Source of the DNA: an uncultured delta proteobacterium
GTDB lineage: Bacteria; Desulfobacterota; RBG-13-43-22
Assembly (NCBI GenBank): GCA_963743305.1
Contig: CAVUPH010000007.1
Span: 1 to 64,000, forward strand
Direction: 5' to 3'
DNA: 64,000 nt
Positions 1-11,207 of this stretch are shown here, piece after piece; the first letter of the stretch is position 1, and the number at the start of each line of letters is the position of its first letter. The translations under genes and the position numbers were made by a program. The notes under the pieces were generated by a model. The model worked only from the letters and a program-made list of their open reading frames with translations, had not been told where the DNA came from and searched no databases.

Positions 1-647
1 CCCGGACTTCCCGGCAGGTTTCCCCTCGTCGAAGGCCGCCATGACCCCCACGCAGACCGCCGAGATATGGACCTCGCCCCGGCCGATAGATGCTGGTACG
101 ACGATCCGGAGATGGGCGCGGGGGATAGGGAACAAGATGGAGGTCATCATTTCTCCCGGAGCCAGCGCGGTCAGCCGCGGTCCTTTGAAGAACCGGTCCA
201 GGGGCAGGCGTCTTTCGCGGGCCGGGCCGGCCAGGGTGACTTCCGCGCCCAGGGCCATGAGGGTGGGGGCGTTGTCCGCGGAAGGGGCGGCGTTGCAGAG
301 GTTTCCCGCCACCGTCCCATATTGCGGACCTGCACGTTGGCCGTTTCCTGGGCGGCGTAGGCCACCGCCGGATAGTGTTTTCGAATGGCGGGATGGGAAG
401 TCACGTCAACCAGTCGGGCCATGGCGCCGATGGTCAGGCCGACTTTAGGTTGAAAGCCTATGGCCTTCAACGTCTGGATCCCCTCCAGGCCGATGATCGC
501 CTGGGGCTTTAACAGACCCTGTTTCATCCGGATCAGCAGGTCGGTGCCCCCGGCCAAGATCCGGGCACTGTCTCCCTTTTCCGCCAGCAGGTCCAAAGCC
601 TCTTCCAGGGTCCGGGGTGCGAAATACTCAAATTTCGGCAGTCTCAT
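1..647 (-). CDS. CoxM/XdhB-like FAD-binding subunit of a molybdenum hydroxylase (frameshift near 320; runs off the window)
   Basis: N-terminus MRLPKFEYFAPRTLEEA..AGGTDL..QVRNMG is typical of CoxM; the frame shifts at the N(M)GTVGGN motif. Confidence 0.85.
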
Positions 648-1142
648 CCGGTCACCTCTTCTTCCTGGTGGTCCCGCATCTTTTCCGCGGCCACCGAGAT
701 CGCCTCTACGATCTGGTTGTATCCCGTGCAGCGGCAGAGATGCCCGGAGAGACCGGCCCGGATTTCCTTTTCCGTGGGCGAGGGGTTATGACTCAGCAGG
801 TTCAGGGCGGACATTTCCATGCCGGCGGTGCAAAAACCGCACTGAATCGCCCCGACCTGGATAAAGGCCTCTTGAATGGGGTGCAGCGTTTCGCCCGAGG
901 GGGCCAGGCCCTCCACGGTCCGGACGGATTTGCCGTTCACCGTCACCGCCAGGGTCAGGCAGGAATTGACGGACCGCCCATCGACCAAGACCGTGCAGGC
1001 CCCGCAGTCCCCGGTGCCGCAACCCAGTTTGGTGCCGGTCAGGTTGAGGTCCTCGCGCAGCACCTCATTCAAGGTCCGCCAGGGATCCACCGAAGGGAAC
1101 TTTTTCGTCCCCGTTCACGTTTAAGTTGACTTGATGCTTCAT
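644..1142 (-). CDS. CoxS-like [2Fe-2S] subunit (frameshift near the 5' end)
   Basis: GTKLGCGTGDCGACT, QCGFCT and LCRCTGY motifs; SD GGAGG plus ATG at 1142 (MKHQVNLNVNG) in a different frame from the 644-1090 ORF. Confidence 0.9.
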
Positions 1143-1160
1143 ATTACCTCCCTTAAAGAG

Positions 1161-1249
1161 TCGTCATTCCGGACAACGCGAGACGCGATCCGGAATCCAG
1201 CCCCGGTTAAGCTCTGAAAGCCCTGGATACCGGATAAGTCCGGTATGAC
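1161..1249. repeat. REP-like palindromic element (GTCATTCCG...CCGGTATGAC family), copy 1
   Basis: Terminal inverted repeats GTCATTCCGGAC / GTCCGGTATGAC; similar to 1399-1479. Confidence 0.7.
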
Positions 1250-1398
1250 TGCAAAGACAAAATCTCAAAAACATGCTTGGACCACTTAGAGTTGTCGCTT
1301 TTAGTTTAGAACCCCCATTGCCGGAGCCAAACCTCAGAAGTATGTAAAACTTCAAAGCGCCGGCGTCAGCTTGCGGACTGACATCGAGCTGAAAACAA

Positions 1399-1479
1399 TC
1401 GTCATTCCGCAAGCTAAGGCATGTCCAGCTGGATAAGCTCTGGAGGTCCTGGATACCGGATCAAGTCCGGCATGACGAT
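1399..1479. repeat. REP-like palindromic element, copy 2
   Basis: TCGTCATTCCG...TAAGCTCTG..CCTGGATACCGGATCAAGTCCGGCATGACGA matches copy 1. Confidence 0.7.
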
Positions 1480-1523
1480 CCAGGAAAAAGGCCTAAAATG
1501 TGGTGATCAATTCTATTTTCGTT

Positions 1524-3081
1524 TTAAACCCTTCTATCCTTTCCCTGCCAGTAATCGTCCCGGATCACCCGCTTGAGTATTTTTCCGGTAGGGCTTTTCG
1601 GAAGCTGGGAGCGGAACTCAACCGATTTGGGCTTTTTATAGCTGGCGAGGTTCTTTTTGCACAGGGCGATGATCTCTTCTTCCGTGGCCTGCCCGCCCGC
1701 CTTCAGAACGACCAGGGCCTTGACGGATTCCCCCCAGTAGTCATCCGGAACGCCGATGACGGCCGCCTCCAGGACCGCTTGATGGGTGTAGAGGACCTCC
1801 TCGATTTCCCGGGGATAGATATTTTTTCCGCCGCTGATGATCATGTCATTTTTTCGGTCGACAATAAAAACATAGCGATCCGCATCAAACCGGCAATAAT
1901 CTCCCGTGTGCAGCCAGCCGTCCCGGATGGTCCGGGCGGTTTCTTCCGGCAGCTCCCAATAGCCGATGGTCATGGCCTCGCTGCGGACGATGAGCTCCCC
2001 CACCGCTCCTGTTTCCACATCTCGGCCGTCTTCATCGACGATCCGCACCTCGTAATCCACGATCGGCCGCCCGGCGGAAGCCAACCGGGCCACTTGGGCC
2101 TCGGAACCCTCGAGCCGGTGATCCTCCGGCCGGAGGGCCGTGGTAGCCGGTCCGGTTTCCGTCTGGCCGTACAACTGCATGAACTGGCAGGGGAACTTTT
2201 TCATGGCCCGTTTGAGCAGTTCCACCGGCATGGGCGCAGCGGCGTAGGGCAGCAAACGGAAGCGGCTCAGGTCGTAGCCCTCCAGATCGTCCATTTGCAG
2301 CAAGGCGTTGATCATGGTGGGAACGAACTGGCAGATGGTGATTCCCTCTCGGGACAGGAGTTCCAGGACTTCTTTCGGATCAAAACGACCCTCCCGCCGG
2401 ACGGCCACGGTGTTGGACATCAGGAAATGACGCAGATTATCCACGAAGGTCACATGGTAAAAAGGAAACAGCAGCAGGGCGCGGTCGTCGTAGCGGACCC
2501 CCATTTCCAGGGCGCAGCTCATCATGTTGACCCAATCGTGGCGATGGGTCCGCATGGCTCCCTTGGGGCGGCCGGTGGTCCCGGAGGTCAGGAAAATGCT
2601 GATCAGATCATCGTCGGAAATCGAGATTTCGGGTTCCTGCTCGGCTCCGACTTCCATAAGGGCGCTATAGGTCAAATAAGCGGCGAGGTCCCCTCGCAGG
2701 CTGACCGGAAACTCCAGAAAAGGGTAATTCCGGCAGGATCGTCCGGATCATTTCGCCGAAATCGTCGTCAAAAACAAGGAAACGGGGCCGGATATAAGAG
2801 AGGATTTGAACCAGTTCTCCGGCGGTCAAGAGGTTGTTCACCGGGACAAAAACCGCTCCGGATTTGGCGCAGGCAAAATAGAGTTCAATGAACTCCGGAC
2901 CGTTGTGCAGCAACACGGCCGTTCGATCGCCCTTTTGCAGCCCCTGCTGCAACAGGCCGTGGGCGGCCCGGTTAACCCGTCGATTCAAGGCGTCATAGGA
3001 GATCCGCCGGTCTTCGAAAATCAGGGCGGTTTTGTCCGGAAAATTAAAGGCGCTCCGTCTAAGAATATTCCCGACTTCCAT
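1524..3081 (-). CDS. Long-chain acyl-CoA synthetase / AMP-binding enzyme (frameshifted near 2670-2720)
   Basis: TSGTTGRPKG, YGQTE, GWLHTGD and LPKSPTGKILK motifs; N-terminal part is in ORF 2665-3093. Confidence 0.9.
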
Positions 3082-3210
3082 AGGTATTCGCAAAAGTCAA
3101 AACGACTCTCTCGGCGGGAGGGCTCCCCTCCCCCCATTTGAAGTGATTCAGTTTCCACCCCCACCCCAGCCGCGCTTATCCGCGCTCGGGCGCTGACGGC
3201 TTTCATGGAC

Positions 3211-3699
3211 TCAATAATAAACGCGGGGAAATTTCGGGTTCTCCTCGTCGTCTTCCCAGAGGACGCCCAGTTTTTCCTTGAAAAATGTTCCCAGACGTTG
3301 GAAAAGCCTGGCCCAGTGGGTCTGTCCCTGCGCCAGACCGTCCAGAATTTCGGCCACGATTTCGGGCAGCCGCTGGATTTCCTCCTTGGGAATAAAGGAG
3401 ACCGCTCCCAGCTTGACCGACTGATCGAGGCTTTCCACATTGATGGCCTTGGCGGTCAACATAGCGGCCGGTTGCCTCCGAAGGCGACAGGCCTCCAGGA
3501 GGTCGAACCCTCTGACCCCCATAATGTCCAAAATGACCAGATCGAAGGTCTCGTTCTCAATGTGTCTAAGGGCTTCTTCAAAGTTTTCGGCAGTCACCAC
3601 CCGGGCGGGCTCCAGGACCTCGGCCACAGTTTCCAGGACATCGGGTTCATCATCGACCACTAAGATTTTTTTCCCGGCTAACGGGGTATCCTTATCCAT
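3211..3699 (-). CDS. Response regulator receiver-domain protein
   Basis: KILVVDDEPD...DLVILDIMG...LTA. Confidence 0.85.
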   Translation of the reverse strand: MDKDTPLAGKKILVVDDEPDVLETVAEVLEPARVVTAENFEEALRHIENETFDLVILDIMGVRGFDLLEACRLRRQPAAMLTAKAINVESLDQSVKLGAVSFIPKEEIQRLPEIVAEILDGLAQGQTHWARLFQRLGTFFKEKLGVLWEDDEENPKFPRVYY

Positions 3700-3789
3700 G
3701 ACTAACACCTCTTTTCGTAAGGAGGGGATTTTATCGTCCCCTCCTGATGAGCCCTCGAAAAGACGGGAGGGCCAAGGGAGTAAGCCCGG

Positions 3790-5398
3790 TTATTTCGGCA
3801 GATCGTCCGGCGATTCCCAGTCTTTCATAAAATGCATCCAGGGGGCCCGCTCCACGAAGACGTCGTGCGCCAGGGGCACCGGCGGATGGGACTTCCATTT
3901 GGGATCGAATTCGTTTTTGATCTTCAGCATGAATTCGTGATAGTTCGGCCCGTATTTCGGCCCGGTCAGATACAGCGGTTGATGGGGGCCCAGCAGGGAG
4001 GTGTAGAAGTGGTTCTTGATGTTCATCTTGGCGGTGTCCACATAGAACTGATCCACCGCATTGGTGTCATCATCCTGGTCCCAGTAGACCAGGAATTCCG
4101 AGTAGCCCTGGTGTCCCAGCTCGAAGCTCTGGAACCAGCCGGGGTCGCCGTAGTCCGGCATCAGCGGCGGGGTGTATTTCTTCTTCAGTTCGGCGTAGGA
4201 GGGGCCGTGGGTCCGGCGACTGGGTCAGGGTTTCGATGACGTAGTCCACCGAGACGTAGCCGCCGCACATGAGCCACATGCCGGCCGAGTCGGCGTTCTT
4301 GATCCAGGACTCGTCGGAGGGCTTGGTTCGGCGGGCAATGCCGCCCAAGGGCGTCATGATGTCCATCAGGACCCGTTCATCGTATTCCATCTGCTCTTCC
4401 GAGGTGAAGCCGATGAGCAGCACCCGGACGATGAAGAAGTTGGCCACCGTCTCCTCGTTTTCCTTGCTCCAGAGGTCCCAGAAATCTTCCTTGGACTCCG
4501 CCTTGGCAATGGCCCGCCAGAAGAGGGGCACCTTGGTGACGGCCCCGGCAATCTCGGCATGGCCGATTTCCCGCATGGCCTGGACCTGGGCCTCCTTGGA
4601 GGGCACGGTGAAATTGATCCACTTGATCCGCTTTTCCGGCAGGGCCAGGGCCGTGTTGGGCGAGATGCCGGTGGGCTCCAGGCGTTCCGGCTGGAAGGGC
4701 AGGATCTTGATGGCCATCCGGGTGACGATGCCGAGACAGCCGCGCAGCCCGGTATAGCCCCGCAGCAGACCCCGCAGGTCCGGGCCGGGGCTTTCTCCCC
4801 AGAAGGGATCGTCGCCGGTGGCCAGGGAACCCAGCCGGAGGATCTCGCCGTCCGGCAGGACCAGCTCCGTGCCCAGGATGCGCCGGTGGGGCAGGCCGAT
4901 CCGGTGGCTCAGGGGCGACCAGCCGTCGCCGATCAGGTTGGCGATGGCCGAGGCCTGGGCCCCGCCGCCGCCGATGACGACATAGGCCCCGTGCTTCATG
5001 CGATTCCTCCTGGATGGGCGAGTAGATCATCCCCGGGCCGACCTCGACGTAGAAGTGCTTTTCATCCAGGATCGAAATCGTTCATGCGCTTCAGGTCGAT
5101 CAGCAGGGCGTCCTCCACATGGGGGTGGGAACGGGGTCCGTAAAAGCCGGTGCTGTAGGGGACGTAGGGGATCTTGTGGCGGTTACAGACCTTGACTATC
5201 TTCTGAGACTTCCTCGGTGGTCCTGGGCATGATCACGCAGCCCGGGATGTTGGTCATCACCCGCTCGTACCCCAGCCCGCTCTCGTAGCCGCCCGGGCCC
5301 GCAGCGGTAGCCCTCGCAGATCACCGGGTCGTCGGAGATGTAGCTCGGCGCCGACCACGGATTCCAGCACCTTGATATGATTCTTCGGAAAGAGCCAT
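3790..5398 (-). CDS. FAD-binding oxidoreductase (GlcD/VAO-type), split by several frameshifts
   Basis: Fragments MALSEES.., ELVLPDGEILRLGS..GPDLRGL..GIVT and C-terminal KIKNEFDPK. Confidence 0.75.
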
Positions 5399-5400
5399 GC

Positions 5401-6735
5401 TTAACCCCCTTTCCCCTTGACCGCCGCGAGGATAGATACTTCGGAGATGTCGTGGACCTGCACCGCCGTCGCTCGCCGGCCGCGGCCTGGCCGAAGTTGT
5501 TCTTGCACCAGGGGCAGGTGGTGACCAGCGCCTCGGCGCCACCTCCCTGACCTCGGCCAGCCGCTGCTCCGCCGCCCAGCGGCGAAGTCGGGGAAGGCCT
5601 CCTTGGCGCCCCGGCCCGCCCCGCAGCAGAAGGCGTTCTCGCGTTGGCGGACCATCTCCACCAACTTGACGCCGGGGATGGCCTTCAGAATATCGCGCGG
5701 GGCTGTAGACGCCGTTGGTCCCGCGGCGTCGTTTCAGGCGGGGTTGCACCACCCCACCAGCCCCGCTTCCCCTCCCAGGGCGTCCAGGGCTCGCTGAGCC
5801 GGCTCAGGCTGCAGGAGTCATGATAGGCGAACCGCAGATTTGACGGGGTTGTTGAGTTTGAGCGTCGCCGTTCTTCAGCAGCCTCGTCGACGAATTCCAC
5901 CAGGTGCACCACCCTGAAGCCCAGCTCCTAGGTGGGGATGTTCAGCAGCTTCGGGTAGTCCACCTTCCACATGCGGTAGCCCTCGGCGCAGCTCAGCAGC
6001 AGCGTCTTGGCGCCGGTCTCGGCTGACCTTCTCGATGTTGCGCTCGGCCAGCTCCTTGGCCTCGATCGAACAGCCCGACGGAGAAGAGCGTGTTGCCGCA
6101 GCACCACTCGTCCGGCATCAGCATGAACGGGGTTCCGGTGGCCTTCAGTATCTTCGCCGTCGCCTGGGCGATCTCCGGATTGCGTAGGACGCCGAGCAGC
6201 CGACGAAGTAGAGGACATCGGCCTTGGCCGCCGGCTTGATCCCCGCGGTCAGCCACTTTTTCCGGTTGTCGTGCGGCGCCCCAAACTGGTTATGCGACTT
6301 GGCGATGTTTTCGGCGATCTTCTTGTGCGCGGGCATCGGGCCTGCGCCGTCTTTAACGGCCTTCATCCCGGAGCGCCTCCAGGCTCAGCTCGATCTCCAG
6401 GTCCAGGTTCCGCTTGCAGCCGACGTCGCAGGCGCCGCAGAGGGGGCAGGCGTAGATGATTTCCAGGGCTTGTTCGTCCAGGCGAGCTTCCCTTCGGCGA
6501 TGGCGTGGCCGATTCTCATTTTGCCGTAGGCCCCGTAGGCATCGAACTCATACTTGGCGGCGCTGGGGCAGCGGGTCATAAACCGGACGCCCGGCATATA
6601 GGTGTGGTCCACCCAGTAGCAGCCCTTGCATTTGATGCACCGGCTCATGTCGTAGACAAAGTTTTGGATATCGGCGATATCGAATTTGAAGTCCGCTTTC
6701 GGTTTGTAATAGCGGATAGGTTGTTCGTTGGCCAT
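5401..6735 (-). CDS. Fe-S oxidoreductase with CCG domains (GlpC/HdrD-like), heavily frameshifted
   Basis: CIKCKGC, EWCCG, YHDSC and FCCGAG motifs spread over different frames. Confidence 0.8.
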
Positions 6736-6746
6736 TGTCATCCTCC

Positions 6747-8207
6747 TTAGAAACAAAGTTGTGAAGGATTCATGATGTTGTTGGGATCAAAGACCTTTTT
6801 CAGCCGCTTGAGCTGATGGGCATACGCCGCGGCCCGCTCGTAGACCATCGGCGCCAGGTCCCCGTAAGGCCGGGTGAAGACCGCCCCTTCCTTGAGCAGT
6901 TCCTTGGCCGCTTCCTTGAAAAGGGCCCGGATGGCCTCTATCTCGGACGGATCCCGGGGATCGTAGAAAAAATTGAACTCCAGGCGGCAGGCCCGGTTGT
7001 GCTCGATGGGCTGGAAGTAGATGCCCAGTTCCCGGATGGGATAGTCGTAGCCCTCGGCGATTTCCACGACCCGATCGATGAAATCCGGGGCCATGAGAGG
7101 CCGGGTGTGAAAAAAGAGGCTCTGACAGGCCCCCTTGAGCCTATTCTTCCAGTGGGGCCGATCGGCCGGCCAGGGGTTGCGCAGCAGGTCCAGCATTTTA
7201 TGGTGCAGACCGGGAAATCCCGGGAGGGTCTCCCCCAGTTTCAGACCCGGAAATTCGTTCCGGAGGACTTCCGCCGAGAAAATGCTCTTCGTAGGCGATC
7301 TTTTCCTCCGGACGTCGCTTGAGCCCGCTGATCACCAGGATCAGAGTCCAGGGAGGCAGGGCCGCTTCCAGTCGGTCGAAATCCTCCGGCCATTCCTCGG
7401 CCAGCAGCGGCTCGCCAGGTCCACTTGATTCAGCAGCAGGACTTCCTGGCCGATCCGCCGCGGCAGGATACGGTGCAGAAACTGGATCGCCTCCTCCAGA
7501 TCATCCACCGGGGCGAAAAGGACCTTGTCCATCCTGGGGATCGATTCGATTTTTAGGTTGGTCCAGGTGACGACGCCCATGGTGCCCTGGGCGCACTGGA
7601 AAAACCGGTAAAAATCGAGACCCGGCCCCGAAGGATTCGCCCCCTTGGAGCTGGAGTCGGGATACCCGTTGACACTGGCGGAACCCATGCGGAAAATCTC
7701 ACCGGTGGGCCAGACCACTTCCATAGCCTGCAGGGGTTCGCCGTAATCATAGACCGGGTTGGTGGGTACCTCCCGCTCCAGGAAGTCGGTGAGTACGGAG
7801 CGCTCGGCCGGGGGGGTCAGGGGCATAATGACCCGGAAGCCCGTTTTTTTTAGTTCAGCGGTCAGTTGTCCCCAGGTGACTCCGGCCTCGAACCGGACCC
7901 GGCGGTTGTCGGCATCGATTTCCAGGATGCGGTTCATCCGCGACAGGTCGAGGACCACCCCTCCCTCCCTGGGGATGGTGGCGCCATAGAAATGGACCTT
8001 GGAACTGCAGGGCACGACCGGCAGGCTCTTTTCCTGACAGAACCGGACGACCCGAGCCACTTCCTCGGAACTCCCCGGTTTCACAACGTAATTGGGCGCC
8101 CCGGCGCGGGTGTAGCTGAAATCAGTGGCATAATTCCGTAATTGAACCGGGTCATCCGAGAAGTTTTCAGCTCCCACGAATTCGGACAGTTTTGATTTAA
8201 CGTCCAC
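6747..8207 (-). CDS. FAD-binding oxidoreductase (GlcD-like), frameshifted near 7200-7420
   Basis: VVKPGSSEEV..GGVVLDLSRMNRILEID, GTMGVVT and C-terminal FDPNNIMNP. Confidence 0.85.
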
Positions 8208-8253
8208 TGTTGACCTCCCTCGTTATTGAATTGGCAAATAATAAAAATGATTG

Positions 8254-8306
8254 ATAGTCAATGTATTGACTATTTTTTTTGTACCTAAACCTGAACCCCT
8301 TGTCAA
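8254..8306 (-). promoter_or_regulatory. Sigma70-type promoter of the catabolic operon with an adjacent palindromic operator
   Basis: TTGACA (8306-8301)-17 nt-TACAAA; perfect inverted repeat ATAGTCAAT-gt-ATTGACTAT at 8254-8273. Confidence 0.6.
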
Positions 8307-8395
8307 GGATTTTTTTTGCATCTTTTTTTACCCAGCTTAAAGTAGTCGATTCAGGAGATCGTCGTTCCTTGGGGGCATTTTGGATAGGTTTGAAC

Positions 8396-8520
8396 TTGAT
8401 TATGTAGGACTATTCTGTTATAAAATCGACATTTGGATAAGAAATCTGTTTGGCAACCCTTTAACGGAGGAGTCAATGCCAATTTGAAACCCTACTTCTT
8501 TTATGGAGGTGGGGTTTTTT
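8396..8520 (+). ncRNA. Candidate small transcription unit: promoter, SD, 3-codon minigene, intrinsic terminator
   Basis: TTGATT-17-TATAAA; TTTGGCAACCCT; GGAGG; ATG CCA ATT TGA (8476-8487); hairpin plus T-run; homologous to 12544-12675. Confidence 0.45.
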
Positions 8521-8541
8521 CAATATAGGGCATGAGACTTA

Positions 8542-9128
8542 TTGAGCTGGGGACCGAAAGCCAACAAGGAAAAGCCGATTTCCTTTGAAAGGCAGATGGA
8601 GGGGATTGCCAGGATACCGGAGCGGCACCGTGATATTTTTTATTTCGCAGTGGAAACGGCGCTTCGGATCGGGGAAGTTTGCGCCCTGCAGGCCCGAGAT
8701 TTCGAATTAGACCGCCGGCGCGTCTGATCCAACGGACCTATTCTCATTACAAATTAAGCGAGACGACGAAGCAGGGCAAGGTGGACTATATTCCGCTATC
8801 AGATAGGGCGCTTTCGCTGGCCGGGCGAAACCTTAAAAATAAGATCGGAACCGCTTGGGCCTTTACCCGGGACGGAGCCCATGGCTACCATCCGGCCTAT
8901 CTTCGCAAATTATGGCGGAAATACTCCGGGATTCCCGAAAAGCTTTACGTTTCGGTCAGGCACTCGACCCTTACCGATTGGGCTGCTCAGGGTGCCAACG
9001 CCTTTAAAGTCCAAGCGCTGGCCCGGCATTCGGATATTCGGACCAGTTCCAACTATGCGGAAGCGGCTCAAGGCCGGCTTTATGAGATTGTCAATCGTGA
9101 TACAAATGAAATGAAATTAAGACGTTAA
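8542..9128 (+). pseudogene. Tyrosine recombinase/integrase catalytic domain (N-terminally truncated, frameshift near 8720)
   Basis: TALRIGEVCAL (catalytic R), TK, YVSVRHS, QALARHSDIRTSSNY (H and Y). Confidence 0.85.
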
Positions 9129-9157
9129 AGCTACTCATTTTTTGAGGTAAATTCGAA

Positions 9158-9545
9158 ATGACTACGACCGACCTACTCGGCATTCTCGGGATTGGTAGCG
9201 TGATCGGCATCATAATCTCGAAGTTTTTTGATATCCTGTGGTTACAGAACACTATTATGCGAAACGAAAGCATCAAATGGCTCCGTGATCAAAGGCTCAG
9301 AGTCTTTACGGGAGATATGGGCCGATTTTGTCACGCTGGGGTTGAGAGATACCCGACAAGATTTTCTAGAAATAGTGGCAACAGCTTCGGAAGCTATTTT
9401 GCTGATAGGTGACAAGGTTCTGCAGGCCAGGATCGAGACATTTATCGATGAACTCTCGATGCTTCATAGAGAAACCAGAGACCCGCCTACTGAAAGCGAA
9501 ATAGACGAGGAATCGGGCGCCTTAGTTCCGAGGCCACGCTTATAG
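9158..9545 (+). CDS. Hypothetical protein with N-terminal TM helix (apparent frameshift near 9310)
   Basis: Hydrophobic LLGILGIGSVIGIII; two overlapping ORFs that read as one protein. Confidence 0.5.
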
Positions 9546-9621
9546 TTGAATCTTTGCGCGGAGCCTTGATGGATAGAAGTCTCGTTAGATTGATAAGAGA
9601 TAACAAGTAGATGGGTTGGAT

Positions 9622-10454
9622 ATGGTAAAACACGAAAAAATAGACAAGAATATAGACTGGATCGCGTATCGGTGCGTTAGTGGTCTCTTTCATTACTCTT
9701 GGCTATACGGTTTATAACAACCATGTTCAAAACAAGATAATCCAAGGCACCGGGTTTATTGCTCAGGGCCTACAAAACAGGCCTACATTGAGAATAATGG
9801 GAGAGCCTGAATTAATAAAAATACAATATCAATCAAGGGCCTTAGTGTCGGGCAAGGAGGTTACTAAAATAATTAAGACAACCCTAACGGTTGACACGAG
9901 AATAAAAATTAGGAATGATGGCAATTCCAACGCGCAGCTGATTTTTTATGCAATAACAGATCGTCTATCGGGGCTACCCGAGTTAAGGGACAAAAACTTC
10001 CAACAAAGAAGAGTTCAAGAAGTTCGCAGAAAAGCTTTCCATACAAGCACACTCAATGGACAATTACTACAAAACAATAGATATTCTGCCGGGAAAAGAG
10101 CAAACGCTTGAAGCAGTATCTAGGCAGGTGGCGGAAATAAGAGAAGGCGCATTCAATATCCATTATTACTTGGTCTACGAGAATGAGGCCGGCAATGTCT
10201 ATGATACCTATTACTGGGCAAGATTCCAATCGAAACAGTTTACCATTAATCCTCAAGCGGATAGCGCCACTATTGAGAAAGCTCTTAGAGACTCAATCGT
10301 TTTTATCGATGACCACCATTCCTACACGATTTACGACAAAGAAGATTCTCTTTTCTTGAGGAATTTTCGCGAGTTTCTAAAAAATGAGTATAAATATATT
10401 CCACCATCTCCACTAAGGGGTTCAGGTAAGGTTCAGGTAGCCGATTGGGCCTAA
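9622..10454 (+). CDS. AT-rich hypothetical membrane-anchored protein (apparent frameshifts)
   Basis: ORFs 9680-10111 and 10056-10454 overlap; N-terminal hydrophobic segment; low GC. Confidence 0.5.
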
Positions 10455-10471
10455 GTGAAATCAAATAGTTA
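10419..10471 (+). promoter_or_regulatory. att-arm-like region: direct repeat GGTTCAGGTA x2 and an IHF consensus site
   Basis: GGTTCAGGTA-A-GGTTCAGGTA; AATCAAATAGTTA matches WATCAANNNNTTR about 12 nt before the tRNA fragment. Confidence 0.45.
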
Positions 10472-10482
10472 GAACGGTAAGG

Positions 10483-10824
10483 GTGGGTTCGATTCCCATG
10501 CACTTCCGCCAGTTATTATTCTCCAATAATTTTTACCAGAACCCTTTTCTTTTTGCCTCCGTCAAACTCTCCGTAAAAAATCTGCTCCCAGGGGCCGAAA
10601 TCGAGTTTTCCGCCGGTGACGGCCACCACCACCTCCCGGCCCATGACCTGGCGTTTCAGGTGGGCGTCGCCGTTGTCCTCACCGGTCCGGTTATGGAGAT
10701 ACTGACTGACGGGTTCGTGGGGGGCCAGTTTTTCCAGCCAGCGGTCATAGTCCCGGTGCAGCCCGGACTCGTCGTCATTGATAAAGACCGAGGCGGTGAT
10801 GTGCATGGCATTGACCACGATGAG
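10483..10824. repeat. Array repeat 1: tRNA-Sec-like 3' end (10483-10511, +) plus 5'-truncated yjbQ (10516-10824, -)
   Basis: GTGGGTTCGATTCCCATGCACTTCCGCCA followed by sequence encoding NAMHITAS...[10 protein letters not shown], near-identical to 23588-24007. Confidence 0.92.
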
Positions 10825-10961
10825 GGCGGTATTTAAACATCCGGAGCCCCCATTTCCCCCGCTTCTTGATTGCTTATCTTTGTAAAAACATTCGTAAAAA
10901 TACATTATATACAATTCAATTCTAACTTGAATTTGATAAATGGAGTATATATAATGCAATT

Positions 10962-11207
10962 ATGCTATTCGATATCGGCAAGACAATTCGCGAGGCACGG
11001 AAGAACTGCAAAATGACCCAGGAGGAATTAGCCGAAAAACTGGGGATGAGCCGGACCACGATCGGGCAGATCGAAAATGGCACGGTTCAAGAGGTTGGAG
11101 TGCGGAAATTGATCCGCCTCCTCGATCTTCTAGGACTGGAGTTGAAGGTCCGGTCCAAAGGCAGGCCGCCTACCTTGGAGGAATTGCGTAACGAGGAGAT
11201 TGGCTGA
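10962..11207 (+). CDS. HipB-like XRE/HTH antitoxin
   Basis: MTQEELAEKLGMSRTTIGQIENG HTH; PTLEEL tail; coupled to the HipA-like gene; TTGAAT-17-TATAAT ends just before the ATG. Confidence 0.85.
   Translation: MLFDIGKTIREARKNCKMTQEELAEKLGMSRTTIGQIENGTVQEVGVRKLIRLLDLLGLELKVRSKGRPPTLEELRNEEIG

Noticed and set aside
8289-10428. 13-bp inverted repeat ACCTGAACCCCTT / AAGGGGTTCAGGT as ends of an invertible or transposable segment
   Set aside because: Single short match, the left copy lies in a promoter spacer, and no target duplication is seen; chance cannot be excluded.
10483-10836. Plus-strand ORFs MGSIPMHF... at each repeat (also 13646, 14840, 16664, 23501)
   Set aside because: Antisense shadows of yjbQ; they recur only because the repeat recurs.
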